Shown: positions 9,510 through 19,626, counted from the stretch's first letter. The stretch is DNA of 64,000 nt from Candidatus Eiseniibacteriota bacterium (GCA_965224245.1 OZ245046.1:1984001-2048000); one strand, 5' to 3'. The notes: a model not told the origin generated them from the letters alone. Program-made: numbers and translations.

Positions 9510-10823
9510 TCAGATCCGCGGCAGCCAGTATCGCCAGAGCCGGACGACACCCTCGCGCACCGACTCGCCGGATGTCCAGTCGTCGTGAGGCAGGGGGTAC
9601 CAGCGTTCGAGCGACCGGACGAGATCCGGATCGATGTAGACCGGCGGCGGACCGTCGACGCTGCGAAGGAAGAGGATGAAGGCCGTGAGATAGGTGATCT
9701 CCACCGGCGACAGACGGAACGCGACCCCCACGCCCCGCTTCCAGACGTGGAGCGTCGCGCCATCGGCGTAGTTCGCCAGCCAGCGCCACTCACGGACGCG
9801 CGACCGGAGGCTGCCCCAGCCACTGGATCGCCCGAGCGCGCTCGGCTCGGGGCGCCCGTCCGCGTCGAGGAGGCGGTGCGGCATCAGCGCCTCCAGGCAC
9901 GCCTCGAGCAACCGCCGCGCCTCGGTCCAGACGCCGCCGTGGAGGGCGCGTCCCTCCTCCCCGAGGGGCTCGGCCGCGTAGCGCGCCTGGAGCTTCTCGA
10001 CGCTGGGTTCGAAGCGAAACTCCGTCCAGAACTCGACCGCCTCGATCAGCGCGTTGCGCGAGCGATGCAGCTTCGGCGGCAACGCACGATCGCCGAGGAG
10101 CGCCGGGAGGCGATCGGCCCGCTTCCGATAGCCCGACACGTACGCGCCTTCCGGTACCAGGAGCGCGGTCGGGAGATCGCAGAAGAGCTTGGCCAGACGA
10201 AAGTAGTCGATCAGCTCGGGATGCTCGCCGGGAGGGTGCGCCAGGAGCTCGAGCACGCGGTTGCCCAGGAGACGGATCGACTCCTCCCACGTGAGGTCCT
10301 CGGCCGTGATCGGCGGGAAGCTCAGACGCACGTCCCGATCACCCCAGACGACCTTGGCCTGGTTGATCATCTCGAGCGTGCCGGGCTTCGGCGCCTGCGA
10401 GCGGAGCTCCTCCTCGGTGAAGAAAGCGATGTTGACCTCCGGCGGACCCGACCAGTCGCGATCGGCGCTCAGCAGGCGCACGCGCTCGCGGATCGTGTCC
10501 CGCAGCACGCGTTCCGCGTCGGGTACGCGCGTGTCGGCGACCACGCCCAGATCGAGATCGCTGAAGAAGCGCCATCCGTCGGAACCGCGTGTGGCCGCCC
10601 ACTCACCGGTGACCGCGCTCCCGGTCAGAAACAGCGCGCGCGGCCAGTGCACCGAGCTGACCACGTCCCGGAGCAGCTCCAGCGTGGCATCGAGCTCGCG
10701 TTGCACGGCGCCCTCGGGCGTGTCGCCGTTCAGCACGGGGACGCCCTGCCCGGGCGGGGTGCCCTCCGGTGTCGACCGGACACGCGAGTGCGATGACGTG
10801 GGTTGGGAGTCGCGGCCGTTCAT
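9510..10823 (-). CDS. Putative pol-beta superfamily nucleotidyltransferase with helical C-terminal domain
   Basis: LFLTGSAVTGE...FSDLDLGVV (hGS...DxD), followed by a helical AK......ALL...G.Y..GY region. Confidence 0.6.
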   Translation of the reverse strand: MNGRDSQPTSSHSRVRSTPEGTPPGQGVPVLNGDTPEGAVQRELDATLELLRDVVSSVHWPRALFLTGSAVTGEWAATRGSDGWRFFSDLDLGVVADTRVPDAERVLRDTIRERVRLLSADRDWSGPPEVNIAFFTEEELRSQAPKPGTLEMINQAKVVWGDRDVRLSFPPITAEDLTWEESIRLLGNRVLELLAHPPGEHPELIDYFRLAKLFCDLPTALLVPEGAYVSGYRKRADRLPALLGDRALPPKLHRSRNALIEAVEFWTEFRFEPSVEKLQARYAAEPLGEEGRALHGGVWTEARRLLEACLEALMPHRLLDADGRPEPSALGRSSGWGSLRSRVREWRWLANYADGATLHVWKRGVGVAFRLSPVEITYLTAFILFLRSVDGPPPVYIDPDLVRSLERWYPLPHDDWTSGESVREGVVRLWRYWLPRI

Positions 10824-10839
10824 TCCGATCCGTGGACGT

Positions 10840-11829
10840 TCAGCGCCAAAAACGCCCGCGCCGAGCGCGGTTGATCACCGTACCGAGAATCTGCGAATCG
10901 TGCTGCTCGAGCAGGTCTCGTGTGCGCCGCGCGTCGGCCTTCGGGGTTCGCTCGGAGGCCAGAACGACCACGACGCCGTCACACGTGCCGGCGAGCTGCG
11001 CCGACTCCGGCGCGATCAGGACCGGTGCGGCGTCCAGGATCATGTAGTCGAAGCGATCCTCGAGGCCCGCCAGGATCGGTCCGACACGCTCGAACATCTT
11101 GGGGCCATTGTAGCTGCCGCTACCCCGGGACAAGTAGGTCAATCCGTTCCGATCGGTCGGGACCAGGACGTCGCCCAGGGACGCCTCGCTGGCCGCGAGC
11201 TGGATCAGACCGGCCTCGCGCCCGGGCAACACCCCCGGCCGCTCGCTGGCCCGGGACTGCGCGTCGATCAGCAGGACCTCGACGCCGGGGTCCCGGACGA
11301 GCAGCGTGGCCACGGCCAGGGCGATGGTGCTGGCGCCTGCCCCGGACTCGACGGCGGTGAAGAGCACGCTCTTGGGGTCGCTCGACCCCGTGGCCTGAAT
11401 CACGGCGGCGATGCGGTTGACCTGCTCCCAGAAACGCTTGTCGAAGCGGTCGAGACGCGGGAGCGCGACGGGGTCGGCCTCGAGCCGGAGCGGCTCCCGC
11501 TTGCGAGGGACGGGGTCGCGCGAGGCGACCGGCTCGGCGGCCAAAGACGGGATCGGGATGTTGACCCGCTCGCGCTCGGGCTCCGCCGGCTCGTCGAGGT
11601 CCTCCACGTCCATCTCCGGTGCCGGCGCGGGCACGCGCCGGACCTCGTCCCGGCCCGGGCGGCGCTCGAGGGTGAGGTCGGGGTCGATCGGACGGGGCTC
11701 CTCGGCAGCGCGGTCCCGGGGCATGGCCTGCCCGTCCTCGCCTCCCGAGTCGGCGTCCGGAAGCTCTCGTCGAACGCCTCGCCGGCGTTCGGTCGCGCTC
11801 TTGCGGAGCGCGTCGTAGATCTTGCTCAA
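10840..11829 (-). CDS. CpsD/CapB-family tyrosine-kinase-like protein (degenerate Walker A)
   Basis: MSKIYDAL N-terminus; FTAVESGAGAST; LLIDA; FDYMILDAAP; DGVVVV; ILGTVIN. Confidence 0.8.
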   Translation of the reverse strand: MSKIYDALRKSATERRRGVRRELPDADSGGEDGQAMPRDRAAEEPRPIDPDLTLERRPGRDEVRRVPAPAPEMDVEDLDEPAEPERERVNIPIPSLAAEPVASRDPVPRKREPLRLEADPVALPRLDRFDKRFWEQVNRIAAVIQATGSSDPKSVLFTAVESGAGASTIALAVATLLVRDPGVEVLLIDAQSRASERPGVLPGREAGLIQLAASEASLGDVLVPTDRNGLTYLSRGSGSYNGPKMFERVGPILAGLEDRFDYMILDAAPVLIAPESAQLAGTCDGVVVVLASERTPKADARRTRDLLEQHDSQILGTVINRARRGRFWR

Positions 11830-11835
11830 CGCGAC

Positions 11836-12687
11836 CTATCCCGCGCGCAAGACGAGGTCCGTCCGTCGCTCCACGCTGCCGCGTTCGAGCTCCTGAACGG
11901 CGGTTCGAACGATGTCCTCGCCGAGCACGCGCTTTTCCTCCACGTACCCAACCAACAGGGCCCGGTCGCATAGCACGTTGATGAGACGCGGCACGCCACC
12001 GGCGTAGTACCGCACCCACTCGAACGCCTCGTCGCTGAAGCGTACGACCGGCTCACCCTCGCTGGCGACCTGGATGCGATGCTCGATGTACGCACGCTCG
12101 TCCTCTGCCGACAGCGGGCGGATCGAGCAGATGCCGGGGATGCGTTGCCGGAGCTGTCGCAGCTCGTGCATCGCCAGGTTGTTCCGGAGCTCGGGCTGAC
12201 CCGCGAGCACGATCGTCAGGAGCTTCCGGTCGTCGGTCTCGAGGTTCGAGAGCTGGCGGAGCTCCTCCAGCACGCCCGGAGAGAGGTTCTGGGCCTCGTC
12301 GATGATCAGAACGACGTCGCGATCGGCCATCGCGGCCTTCAGCAGGTGACGGTTGAGGTCCATCAGGAGCTCGGCCTTCGTCTTGTTGCGGGCGGGCAGG
12401 CCGAGGTCCTCGAGCGCCATCATCAGCAGCTGGCGAAACGAGAGGCTGCTCGACAGGATGAGCGCGGTCTCGATGTGGCTCCCGTACTGCTTCAGGAAGG
12501 TGCGCAAGCAGATGGTCTTCCCGACGCCGACCTCGCCGGTCAGGACCAGGAACCCCTTGCGTTCGGCGACACCGTACTGAAGGTAAGCGAGGGCGTCGTT
12601 GTGATCGCGACTCTCGAAAAGAAAGCGAGGGTCGGGCGTCACGTTGAACGGGTTGTCCGTCAGTCCGAAGAACTCATGGTACATCAA
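11836..12687 (-). CDS. ExeA/GspA-like AAA ATPase (EPS-locus associated)
   Basis: YHEFFGLTDNPF..TPDP.F; GEVGVGKT; IIDEAQNL; LAGQPEL; GGVPRLIN.LCDRAL. Confidence 0.9.
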   Translation of the reverse strand: MMYHEFFGLTDNPFNVTPDPRFLFESRDHNDALAYLQYGVAERKGFLVLTGEVGVGKTICLRTFLKQYGSHIETALILSSSLSFRQLLMMALEDLGLPARNKTKAELLMDLNRHLLKAAMADRDVVLIIDEAQNLSPGVLEELRQLSNLETDDRKLLTIVLAGQPELRNNLAMHELRQLRQRIPGICSIRPLSAEDERAYIEHRIQVASEGEPVVRFSDEAFEWVRYYAGGVPRLINVLCDRALLVGYVEEKRVLGEDIVRTAVQELERGSVERRTDLVLRAG

Positions 12688-14075
12688 CGCTTCCCAGTCC
12701 GGGCGACGGACGCGAGGACCGGCGCGCCAAAGATGTCCTCGGCCTCCCGCGTCGTCTTCACGGAGGGATCGAGGCCATCGATGATGAAGGCCAGCCCGAG
12801 CGCCACGACCAGCGCGAAGAGCGGCACCACGAGCGTTCGGATCAGATCGCCGGTGTGGACGCGGAGTGGGCTCGAAGCGGCCGCGAAGAGCGTGACGGCG
12901 CGGCTGGGAGCGGAGGCGTTCTGGATGTCGGCCGCCGCGGCGCCGGTGACGAGCTGCCGGTAGTTCTCGGACAACGCCTCGATCTCGAGATTGACCTGCG
13001 TGAGCTCGGATTCGCGTTCGGGAAAACGGCTCAGCTCGACCAGGATGTCGTCGAGCTCCCCGGTGAGCGTGGCCTCGCGCGCCCGAAGCGTGGACAGAGA
13101 GGCCTCCAGCGACCGCTCGTACCGGGCCGAGGCGTCGGCCAGCATCGTCTCCTGCGCGGTGAGCTGCTCGCGCAGCTCCGAGAGCTGTGGGTGGTCGGCG
13201 GTGTACCGGCTCGCCAGCTCGTTCTCCCGAGAGCGCAGCGCGATCAACGACTCGAGAATGCGTCGCACCTCGAGTCCCGTCCCCTCCTCGGCTCCCAGCA
13301 CCGGGATGAACGCGACGTCGTCGCTGCCGGTCTCGCGGAAACGCCGCAGCGCCCGGAGACGGGACTCCTCCATCGCGCGTTCCTCGCGAGCGTGCACGAG
13401 CGTCGCCCGAATCGACCCGAGCAGCTTCCCCGTCTCGGCACGCTGCTCCCCGATGCTGGCCCAGCCGGCCTCCTCGAGAATGCCCTGGCGCTGCTCGGCG
13501 AGGTCGGCCAGGCGGTCACGCACGTGCGCGATCTCGCCGTCGAAGAACGCCGAGATGTTGGGCGTCTCGTGCACGTCGTTCCGGTAATCGATGTACGCGC
13601 GCGTGAGCGCGGTCACCCCCCGTTGCGCGAGATCGGGATCCCGGTTCTGGAACAGCACGAGCATGACGTTCGACCCTTCGACCGGTCGCGCCGAGACCTT
13701 GCCGAAGTTGATCGTCAGCGGCTCGCCGTGCGCGTCGAGCACGCCCTCGGCGGCCAGGAGCGAATCGGCGCGCAGGCGGACCGGGTCGCTGAAGACCGTC
13801 TGAACCTCCGAGGCGACTTCTTCCTCCCAGCTCATGACCCGGACACGGGCGTTGAGGCTGCTCTCGCGCTCGCCGCGCCGCAGGAGGACCTTGGATTCGC
13901 TTCGGTAGGTGACCGTGGCGGTGGCGTAGGTGTAGACGCTCCATCCCAGCACGGCCAGGAAGATCGGAAGCCAGATGAGCTTGCGCCGGGACAGCATCGC
14001 GATCGAGTCCTCGATGCCGGACGCCCGATCCGCGCTCCAGGTGGCTTCCCGACTATCGGATAAATCGACTGCCAC
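12684..14075 (-). CDS. Polysaccharide chain-length determinant (Wzz/GumC family)
   Basis: N- and C-terminal TM helices flanking a long coiled coil; D.SVKT..EAE..FGAPVLASV. Confidence 0.85.
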   Translation of the reverse strand: MAVDLSDSREATWSADRASGIEDSIAMLSRRKLIWLPIFLAVLGWSVYTYATATVTYRSESKVLLRRGERESSLNARVRVMSWEEEVASEVQTVFSDPVRLRADSLLAAEGVLDAHGEPLTINFGKVSARPVEGSNVMLVLFQNRDPDLAQRGVTALTRAYIDYRNDVHETPNISAFFDGEIAHVRDRLADLAEQRQGILEEAGWASIGEQRAETGKLLGSIRATLVHAREERAMEESRLRALRRFRETGSDDVAFIPVLGAEEGTGLEVRRILESLIALRSRENELASRYTADHPQLSELREQLTAQETMLADASARYERSLEASLSTLRAREATLTGELDDILVELSRFPERESELTQVNLEIEALSENYRQLVTGAAAADIQNASAPSRAVTLFAAASSPLRVHTGDLIRTLVVPLFALVVALGLAFIIDGLDPSVKTTREAEDIFGAPVLASVARTGKR

Positions 14076-14838
14076 TGATCACCTGCACCTTGTCGAGGTT
14101 GAAGGCCTCCCAGCCGTCCAAGTAGAAGGCGAAGGCCGGACGCATGCGGTTGAAGAACTGATCGACGAAGATACCGACGTCGGCGATGAACGTGCGCGGC
14201 ACGTGTATGATGTCCAGGTGCTGTACCAGTGGATCGCCAAAGTCACCCTCGCCTCTCAGCACACGCTTGATGTTCACCTGATGCACGCTGGCCTGTAGAT
14301 CGTTGACGCGCCGCAACAGCAGGACGTCGTCCGCGTTGGCGGTCGTCAGCAATCCCCCGGCGGCCGCGATGGCCCCGAGCACGGTCTGGCCGGCTTCGAT
14401 CGAGTAGGCTCCGGGGACTCGAACTTCACCGGTGACGAACACTCGCGACGGCCCGAAGCTCTCGATGCTCACGGCGACCGCAGGACGTCGGAGGAACGAC
14501 GCGAGTGACGTCTCGATGCTCTGTCGCAACTCCTCCACGGTGAGGCCGGACGCCGGTACGGTTCCGACCCACGGTATCGTGATCCGACCGTCCGTTTGCA
14601 CCTCGGCGGCGGATCCCAGAGAACTATCGGTCAGTACGCGAATCGCGACACGATCTCCGGACTTCAGGCGGTACTCGCGCCGTGTGTCCGGAGTGACACG
14701 CTCACCCGATGTCGGCGTCACTTCCAGCAGTGCCGTCGTCGGGAGACCGGTCGGCTGTTTCGATCCGGCACAACCCAGCGACACGGACAATACCAATGCC
14801 GCGAGCGTGACCCGCACGAACAACTTACGACTCCTCAT
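14053..14838 (-). CDS. Polysaccharide export lipoprotein (Wza/Poly_export + SLBB)
   Basis: Lipobox SLGC; YRL..GD.V; DGRITIPWVG.V.ASGLT; VTGEV..PGAY; AAAGG. Confidence 0.9.
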   Translation of the reverse strand: MRSRKLFVRVTLAALVLSVSLGCAGSKQPTGLPTTALLEVTPTSGERVTPDTRREYRLKSGDRVAIRVLTDSSLGSAAEVQTDGRITIPWVGTVPASGLTVEELRQSIETSLASFLRRPAVAVSIESFGPSRVFVTGEVRVPGAYSIEAGQTVLGAIAAAGGLLTTANADDVLLLRRVNDLQASVHQVNIKRVLRGEGDFGDPLVQHLDIIHVPRTFIADVGIFVDQFFNRMRPAFAFYLDGWEAFNLDKVQVISGSRFIR

Positions 14839-14889
14839 TCACGTCGATCCATTGACACGTCGAGAAGCCGGACGCCGGCCTAACAGCCC

Positions 14890-14936
14890 GCGATTGGCAT
14901 GGATAGATAGTACCAATCGCATACAGTCCTGGTCAA
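14890..14936 (-). promoter_or_regulatory. Candidate sigma70 promoter of the EPS operon with overlapping inverted repeat
   Basis: Minus strand TTGACC-N18-TACTAT with TGn extension. The 8-bp arms GCGATTGG (14890-14897) and CCAATCGC (14913-14920) flank the -10. Confidence 0.55.
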
Positions 14937-15006
14937 ATCGCCCGGGTCCGACTCTAGTACACACCTCGACTATTCCAAGTTCGGTCGTTGCAAAGAGTTC
15001 TTGAGT

Positions 15007-15951
15007 TCAGCCCCCAAGGCGACAGAGCACCGCATCGGTCAACAGAGGCACCAAAATCTCGTGGTGGCCGGTCAACGCCACCGAGTGGCCCCCTTCCAGC
15101 GTCGGGCGCGACAGGACGTTCTGTCGTGGACGGTAGTGCTGGATGAAATCGAGATTCGCGGTCGTGACGCGCCGCGCCGGCGTACCGAGGTTTCGAGCGA
15201 CGTTCAACGCCTTCACGAAAACCTCGGGAAGAATGACGGCCGACCCCAGATTGAGCACGACGCCGTCGTCGACGTCGGTGAGCGCGGCCGCCAGGATGCG
15301 AAAGTCTCGGAGCGTGGCCTCCCCGATCGCCGCGCCGTCGCACGAGGGGTGTTGATGCACGATGTCGGTCCCGATCGCCACGTGAAGCGTCAGGGGAACG
15401 CCGGAGCGGTAGGCGGCGGCGATCAGGCTGTGCTCGACGTGCGGTGGGCTCATCTCGACCAGCGTGCGCCCGAGCGCCTCCCCGAAGCCCTCGCCACGGC
15501 GGCAAGCCTCGCGCGCGGTCTCGTTGAGCAGCTCGGCGGTCTCCCTGGCGACGCCGAAATCTCCCTCTACCAGACCCTTCTCGACGCGTTCGGACGTGCG
15601 TCCGATCAGCGCGATCTCGGTGTCGTGGATCGCCACCGAGCCATTGGCGGCCAGCGCCGTCACCACGCCCTCGGCCGCCAGCCTCGACAGGCACGGCGTG
15701 ACGCCGGTCTTGACCACGTGACCGCCGAGCATGACGACCACGGCGCGCCTCGCCCGGCGGGCGGCGACCATGCGGTCGGCCAGGAGCCGGATCTCGCGTC
15801 CCGCGAGGATGTCCGGGAGCGCGGCCAGCGGATCGGAACCCTTTCCCAGCGCATCGGCCCGGACGAAATCGGCCACCGACACGATGCTCTCGCGCTCGGC
15901 CAGCGCTCGCGTGCGGATCCCGGAGAGATCGGCTTCCGGGTATCTACCCAT
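15007..15951 (-). CDS. Conserved hypothetical protein, possibly deoxyhypusine-synthase-like NAD-binding fold
   Basis: GGHVVKTG, NGSVAIHD.E.A, HVAIGTDIVH, GSAVILPEVFVKA, YRP..NV, GHHE. Confidence 0.6.
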   Translation of the reverse strand: MGRYPEADLSGIRTRALAERESIVSVADFVRADALGKGSDPLAALPDILAGREIRLLADRMVAARRARRAVVVMLGGHVVKTGVTPCLSRLAAEGVVTALAANGSVAIHDTEIALIGRTSERVEKGLVEGDFGVARETAELLNETAREACRRGEGFGEALGRTLVEMSPPHVEHSLIAAAYRSGVPLTLHVAIGTDIVHQHPSCDGAAIGEATLRDFRILAAALTDVDDGVVLNLGSAVILPEVFVKALNVARNLGTPARRVTTANLDFIQHYRPRQNVLSRPTLEGGHSVALTGHHEILVPLLTDAVLCRLGG

Positions 15952-16804
15952 TCTGGGCGACCCCTTCGGTCAGCTCGGTGAGCGAGAGCACGATCGAGCC
16001 GAAGAAGACCTTGATCTTGAACTGGACGGGCAGCTTGCGCGCGTCGTCGGTCAGGTACATGACCAGCTTGCCCTTCTTGTGGTCGTACAGCCCCGAGTCC
16101 AGCAGGATGAGCGGCTCGACGACCAGGCAGTCGAACTTCCCGGCGTCGGTGTCGACGCGCTCGCGCCCGAGCACGTGCAGCTCCATGTCCACGTTCTTCT
16201 TGTCGGCATGTACACGAAAAACCGCCTGTCGCCCCGGTGACAGATCCAGCGTTCGAATGTAGAAGAGCGCCGACAGCACGTCCTGCGCCTCGGGATCCAG
16301 CGGGATCGCGGCACCGTCGTGATAGGTCGCGACCCGGTTCACCTGATCCAGATCGATGACCTGATTCGCACGGAACTTCCCCTCCTGCAAGTTTTTTCGG
16401 AATCGCCAGGGCAGAAGGTAGTCGACGTCGAGGAAGCTCTCCATCCGATCCTCCACGCGGAAGATGGACGAGAAGAAGTCGCTCGAGCGCGCCGTGCCCA
16501 CGAGCGGCAGGCACGGCCGCCCCTCCACGACGACCGGAGCCCCGACCTCCAGCCGACATTCGCCAGCCCGGATCGGACCGTACTTGACGCTGTAGGTGAG
16601 ACGCTCGCCGGCGAAGAAGGCCGTGTTCTCACGCGGGATGAAGGCATCGAGGCGCGCGCTCCGCCGCTGGTCGGCGTCGATCACGCTGGGGACGTCACCG
16701 AAGTCGAGATCGACGTCGACGGGCTGCGCGGTGAGCGGGGTCGCACCGGTGGCCGCGAGAACGACGGTCGAGGCGAGCGCTCGGATGGCTGAGGTCCACG
16801 TCAT
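15944..16804 (-). CDS. DUF3108 family exported protein
   Basis: Signal peptide; GERLTYSVKYG; FRVED; QDVLSALFYIR; TDAGKFDC; YLTDD..KLPV. Confidence 0.8.
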   Translation of the reverse strand: MTWTSAIRALASTVVLAATGATPLTAQPVDVDLDFGDVPSVIDADQRRSARLDAFIPRENTAFFAGERLTYSVKYGPIRAGECRLEVGAPVVVEGRPCLPLVGTARSSDFFSSIFRVEDRMESFLDVDYLLPWRFRKNLQEGKFRANQVIDLDQVNRVATYHDGAAIPLDPEAQDVLSALFYIRTLDLSPGRQAVFRVHADKKNVDMELHVLGRERVDTDAGKFDCLVVEPLILLDSGLYDHKKGKLVMYLTDDARKLPVQFKIKVFFGSIVLSLTELTEGVAQNG

Positions 16805-16864
16805 CGGGGCCTCCCCCGGCTGGTGTTCACGGTCCGCTCGGGCGGTGTCACGACGCGGGCGCCG

Positions 16865-17308
16865 TCACCGACCGGTGTGGCCGAAACCGCCGGCTCCGCG
16901 CGGGGTGTCCGCCAGGGCCTCGCTCTCGACGAAACGAACCGCGCACACGCGCTGGATGACCAGCTGTGCGATCCGGGCCCCGACCTCCACGTGAAACGGA
17001 TCGGAGCTCACGTTGAACAGGATCACCCCGATCTCGCCCCGGTAGTCCGAGTCAATCGTGCCCGGGGCGTTCAACAGCCCGATGCCGTGTCGTAGCGCGA
17101 GACCGCTCCGGGGCCGAACCTGGCCCTCGTAGCCCGGCGGGATCGCGACGGCCAGGCCGGTGGGCACCAGCGTGACCCTCCCCGGCTCGATCGTGCGCGC
17201 CTCCGATGCCGCGAGGTCGAAGCCAGCCGCTCCGTCGGTCATGGCCCGCGGTGGCGTGGCCGTCTTCGAGAGCGTTCGGAACGCGACCGTAATCGGCGTT
17301 GCCTCCAT
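16865..17308 (-). CDS. dut: dUTP diphosphatase
   Basis: [37 protein letters not shown]. Confidence 0.97.
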   Translation of the reverse strand: MEATPITVAFRTLSKTATPPRAMTDGAAGFDLAASEARTIEPGRVTLVPTGLAVAIPPGYEGQVRPRSGLALRHGIGLLNAPGTIDSDYRGEIGVILFNVSSDPFHVEVGARIAQLVIQRVCAVRFVESEALADTPRGAGGFGHTGR

Positions 17309-17429
17309 GAACCCCTTCCGGATGCGCTTGTTCCGCCGCATCGCGGCGGCCGGGGACGGGATCCACACGCGCCGGGCGCCCGCTCTCGCGGAACGCCCGG
17401 CCGTCCGTGCCGGATCGGTGGGACCGGGG

Positions 17430-19517
17430 CTACTCGGCGACCTCGGCCAGCGCGGCCTTGCGGCTGAGCCGGATCTTGCCCGAGTCGTCGACACCGATCA
17501 CCTTCACCACGACCTCGTCCCCTTCCCGGACGATGTCCTCCACCGCGCCCACTCGGTGTGGCGCGAGCTCGGAGATGTGAACGAGTCCGTCGCGTCCGGG
17601 GAGGATCTCGACGAAGGCGCCGAAGTTGACCACGCGCTTGACGACACCCTTGTAGGCGCGGCCAATCTCCGGATCGGCGGTGATCGCCCGGATCACGTCG
17701 ATCGCCCGCTCGGCCGAGGCCTTGTCCGACGACGCAACCTTGACCGTGCCGTCGTCGCTGATGTCGATCTGGCACCCGGTCTCCTCGGTGATCTTCTTGA
17801 TCATGCGGCCACCGGGGCCGATGACCTCGCCGATCTTGTCCGGGGAGATCCGGATGAGCTCGATCCGGGGCGCGAACGGCGAGAGGTCGGCTCTCGGCGC
17901 CGCGATGGCCTGCTCCATGGCGTCGAGGATCGACAGTCGCGCCGTGCGCGCCTGCTCGAGCGCCTGCACGAGAACATCGCGCGAGAGTCCGCCGATCTTG
18001 TTGTCCATCTGCATCGCGGTGATCCCGCCGCGGGTCCCGGTGACCTTGAAGTCCATGTCTCCGAGGTGGTCCTCGACGCCCTGGATGTCGGTCAGGACCG
18101 CCGTGCGCGTCCCGTCGCTGACGAGGCCCATCGCGATGCCGGCCACCGGAGCCTCGATCGGCACGCCGGCGTCCATCAGTGCCAGGCTCCCGCCACAGAC
18201 CGACGCCATCGACGACGAGCCGTTCGACTCGAGGATCTCGGACACGATGCGGATCGTGTACGGGAAGCGATCGTCCTGGGGGATGATCGGGGCCAGCGCC
18301 CGCTCGGCCAGCGCCCCGTGACCGATCTCCCGGCGACCCGGGCCGCGGTTCGGACGCACCTCGCCCACCGAGAACGACGGGAAGTTGTAGTGGAGCATGT
18401 AGCTCTTCCACGACTGCCCCTCGAGCGACTCGATGCGCTGCTCGTCCGACGCCGTCCCCAGCGTGGTCACGGCCAGCGCCTGGGTCTGGCCGCGCTGGAA
18501 CACGGCCGAGCCATGCGTACGCGGCAGAACGCCCACCTCGATCTCGATCGGACGGATCTCCTCGTACGAGCGGCCGTCGACACGCTTCTTCTCGCCGAGC
18601 ACGAGCTCGCGGACGAGCTCCTTCTCCAGCGTGCCCAGCACGGCCTTGACGTCGGTCTCGCCGTCCTCGAAGTCCGCGCCGACCGCCTCCAGCGTGGCAG
18701 TCTTGACCGCATCGATCGCGGCCGCGCGCGCCTCCTTGCCGTCGGTCCGGTTGGCCTCGGCCAGGCGATCCGACGCGAACTGGCGTACGGCGGACTCGAT
18801 CCGGGAATCCACTTCACGCGGGGTGAAGTCGTGCTTGGGCTTGGCCGTCATCTCGGCCAGGCGCCGCTGCAGCGCGTTCAGCTCGCGGATGTAGCCCGCG
18901 GCGGCGTCGAACGCATCGACGATCTCGTTCTCGGATACCTGCTCGCAGCCACCCTCGACCATGACGATGCTGTCGTCGGTTCCGGCGACCACCAGGTCCA
19001 TCGTGCTGTAGTCCTGGTCGGGCAGCGTGGGGTTCACCACGAACGCGCCGTCCTTCTTGCCCATGCGCACCGCGGACACGAACTCGGGAAACGGGATGTC
19101 CGAGATCGCCAGGCCCGCGCTGGCGCCGAGGAGGCAGAGCACGTCGGGATCGTTCTCCTGATCCACGGACAGCACCTGACAGATCACCTGCACGTCCCGG
19201 CGGTAGCCCTTGGGGAAGAAAGGACGCAGGGAACGGTCGATCAGGCGTGCGGTCAGGGTCTCCTTCTCGGAGGGTCGGCCCTCGCGCTTGAAGAACCCGC
19301 CGGGGATCTTGCCCGCGGCGTACGTCTTCTCACGGTAGTCCACGAACAACGGTAGGAAGTCGATATCCAGCTCGTGCTTCGAGGCCGTGACCGCGACCAG
19401 GACGACGGAGTCCCCGTAGCGACACAGGACGGCACCCCCGGCCTGCTTCGCGTAGCGTCCGGTCTCGATCGAGAGCGTACGTCCACCGAGTGAACATTCG
19501 ACGGTCTGTGCTTGCAT
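17430..19517 (-). CDS. pnp: Polyribonucleotide nucleotidyltransferase (PNPase)
   Basis: [39 protein letters not shown] and S1 domains. Confidence 0.98.
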   Translation of the reverse strand: MQAQTVECSLGGRTLSIETGRYAKQAGGAVLCRYGDSVVLVAVTASKHELDIDFLPLFVDYREKTYAAGKIPGGFFKREGRPSEKETLTARLIDRSLRPFFPKGYRRDVQVICQVLSVDQENDPDVLCLLGASAGLAISDIPFPEFVSAVRMGKKDGAFVVNPTLPDQDYSTMDLVVAGTDDSIVMVEGGCEQVSENEIVDAFDAAAGYIRELNALQRRLAEMTAKPKHDFTPREVDSRIESAVRQFASDRLAEANRTDGKEARAAAIDAVKTATLEAVGADFEDGETDVKAVLGTLEKELVRELVLGEKKRVDGRSYEEIRPIEIEVGVLPRTHGSAVFQRGQTQALAVTTLGTASDEQRIESLEGQSWKSYMLHYNFPSFSVGEVRPNRGPGRREIGHGALAERALAPIIPQDDRFPYTIRIVSEILESNGSSSMASVCGGSLALMDAGVPIEAPVAGIAMGLVSDGTRTAVLTDIQGVEDHLGDMDFKVTGTRGGITAMQMDNKIGGLSRDVLVQALEQARTARLSILDAMEQAIAAPRADLSPFAPRIELIRISPDKIGEVIGPGGRMIKKITEETGCQIDISDDGTVKVASSDKASAERAIDVIRAITADPEIGRAYKGVVKRVVNFGAFVEILPGRDGLVHISELAPHRVGAVEDIVREGDEVVVKVIGVDDSGKIRLSRKAALAEVAE

Positions 19518-19626
19518 CAATTACTCCAGTTACTCCACGTCACGTTGAGAGAGAAGCTCGAGGAACCGCCCGTTTGCGGGCATGAGGTGGCACGCATGCG
19601 CGTGCATCGGTCCTCGGGCAGGGGGG

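Noticed and set aside
9510-10823. CBASS cyclase or MNT-HEPN toxin-antitoxin interpretation of the NTase
   Set aside because: No effector, Cap or separate HEPN toxin gene adjacent; the gene is tightly embedded in an EPS operon.
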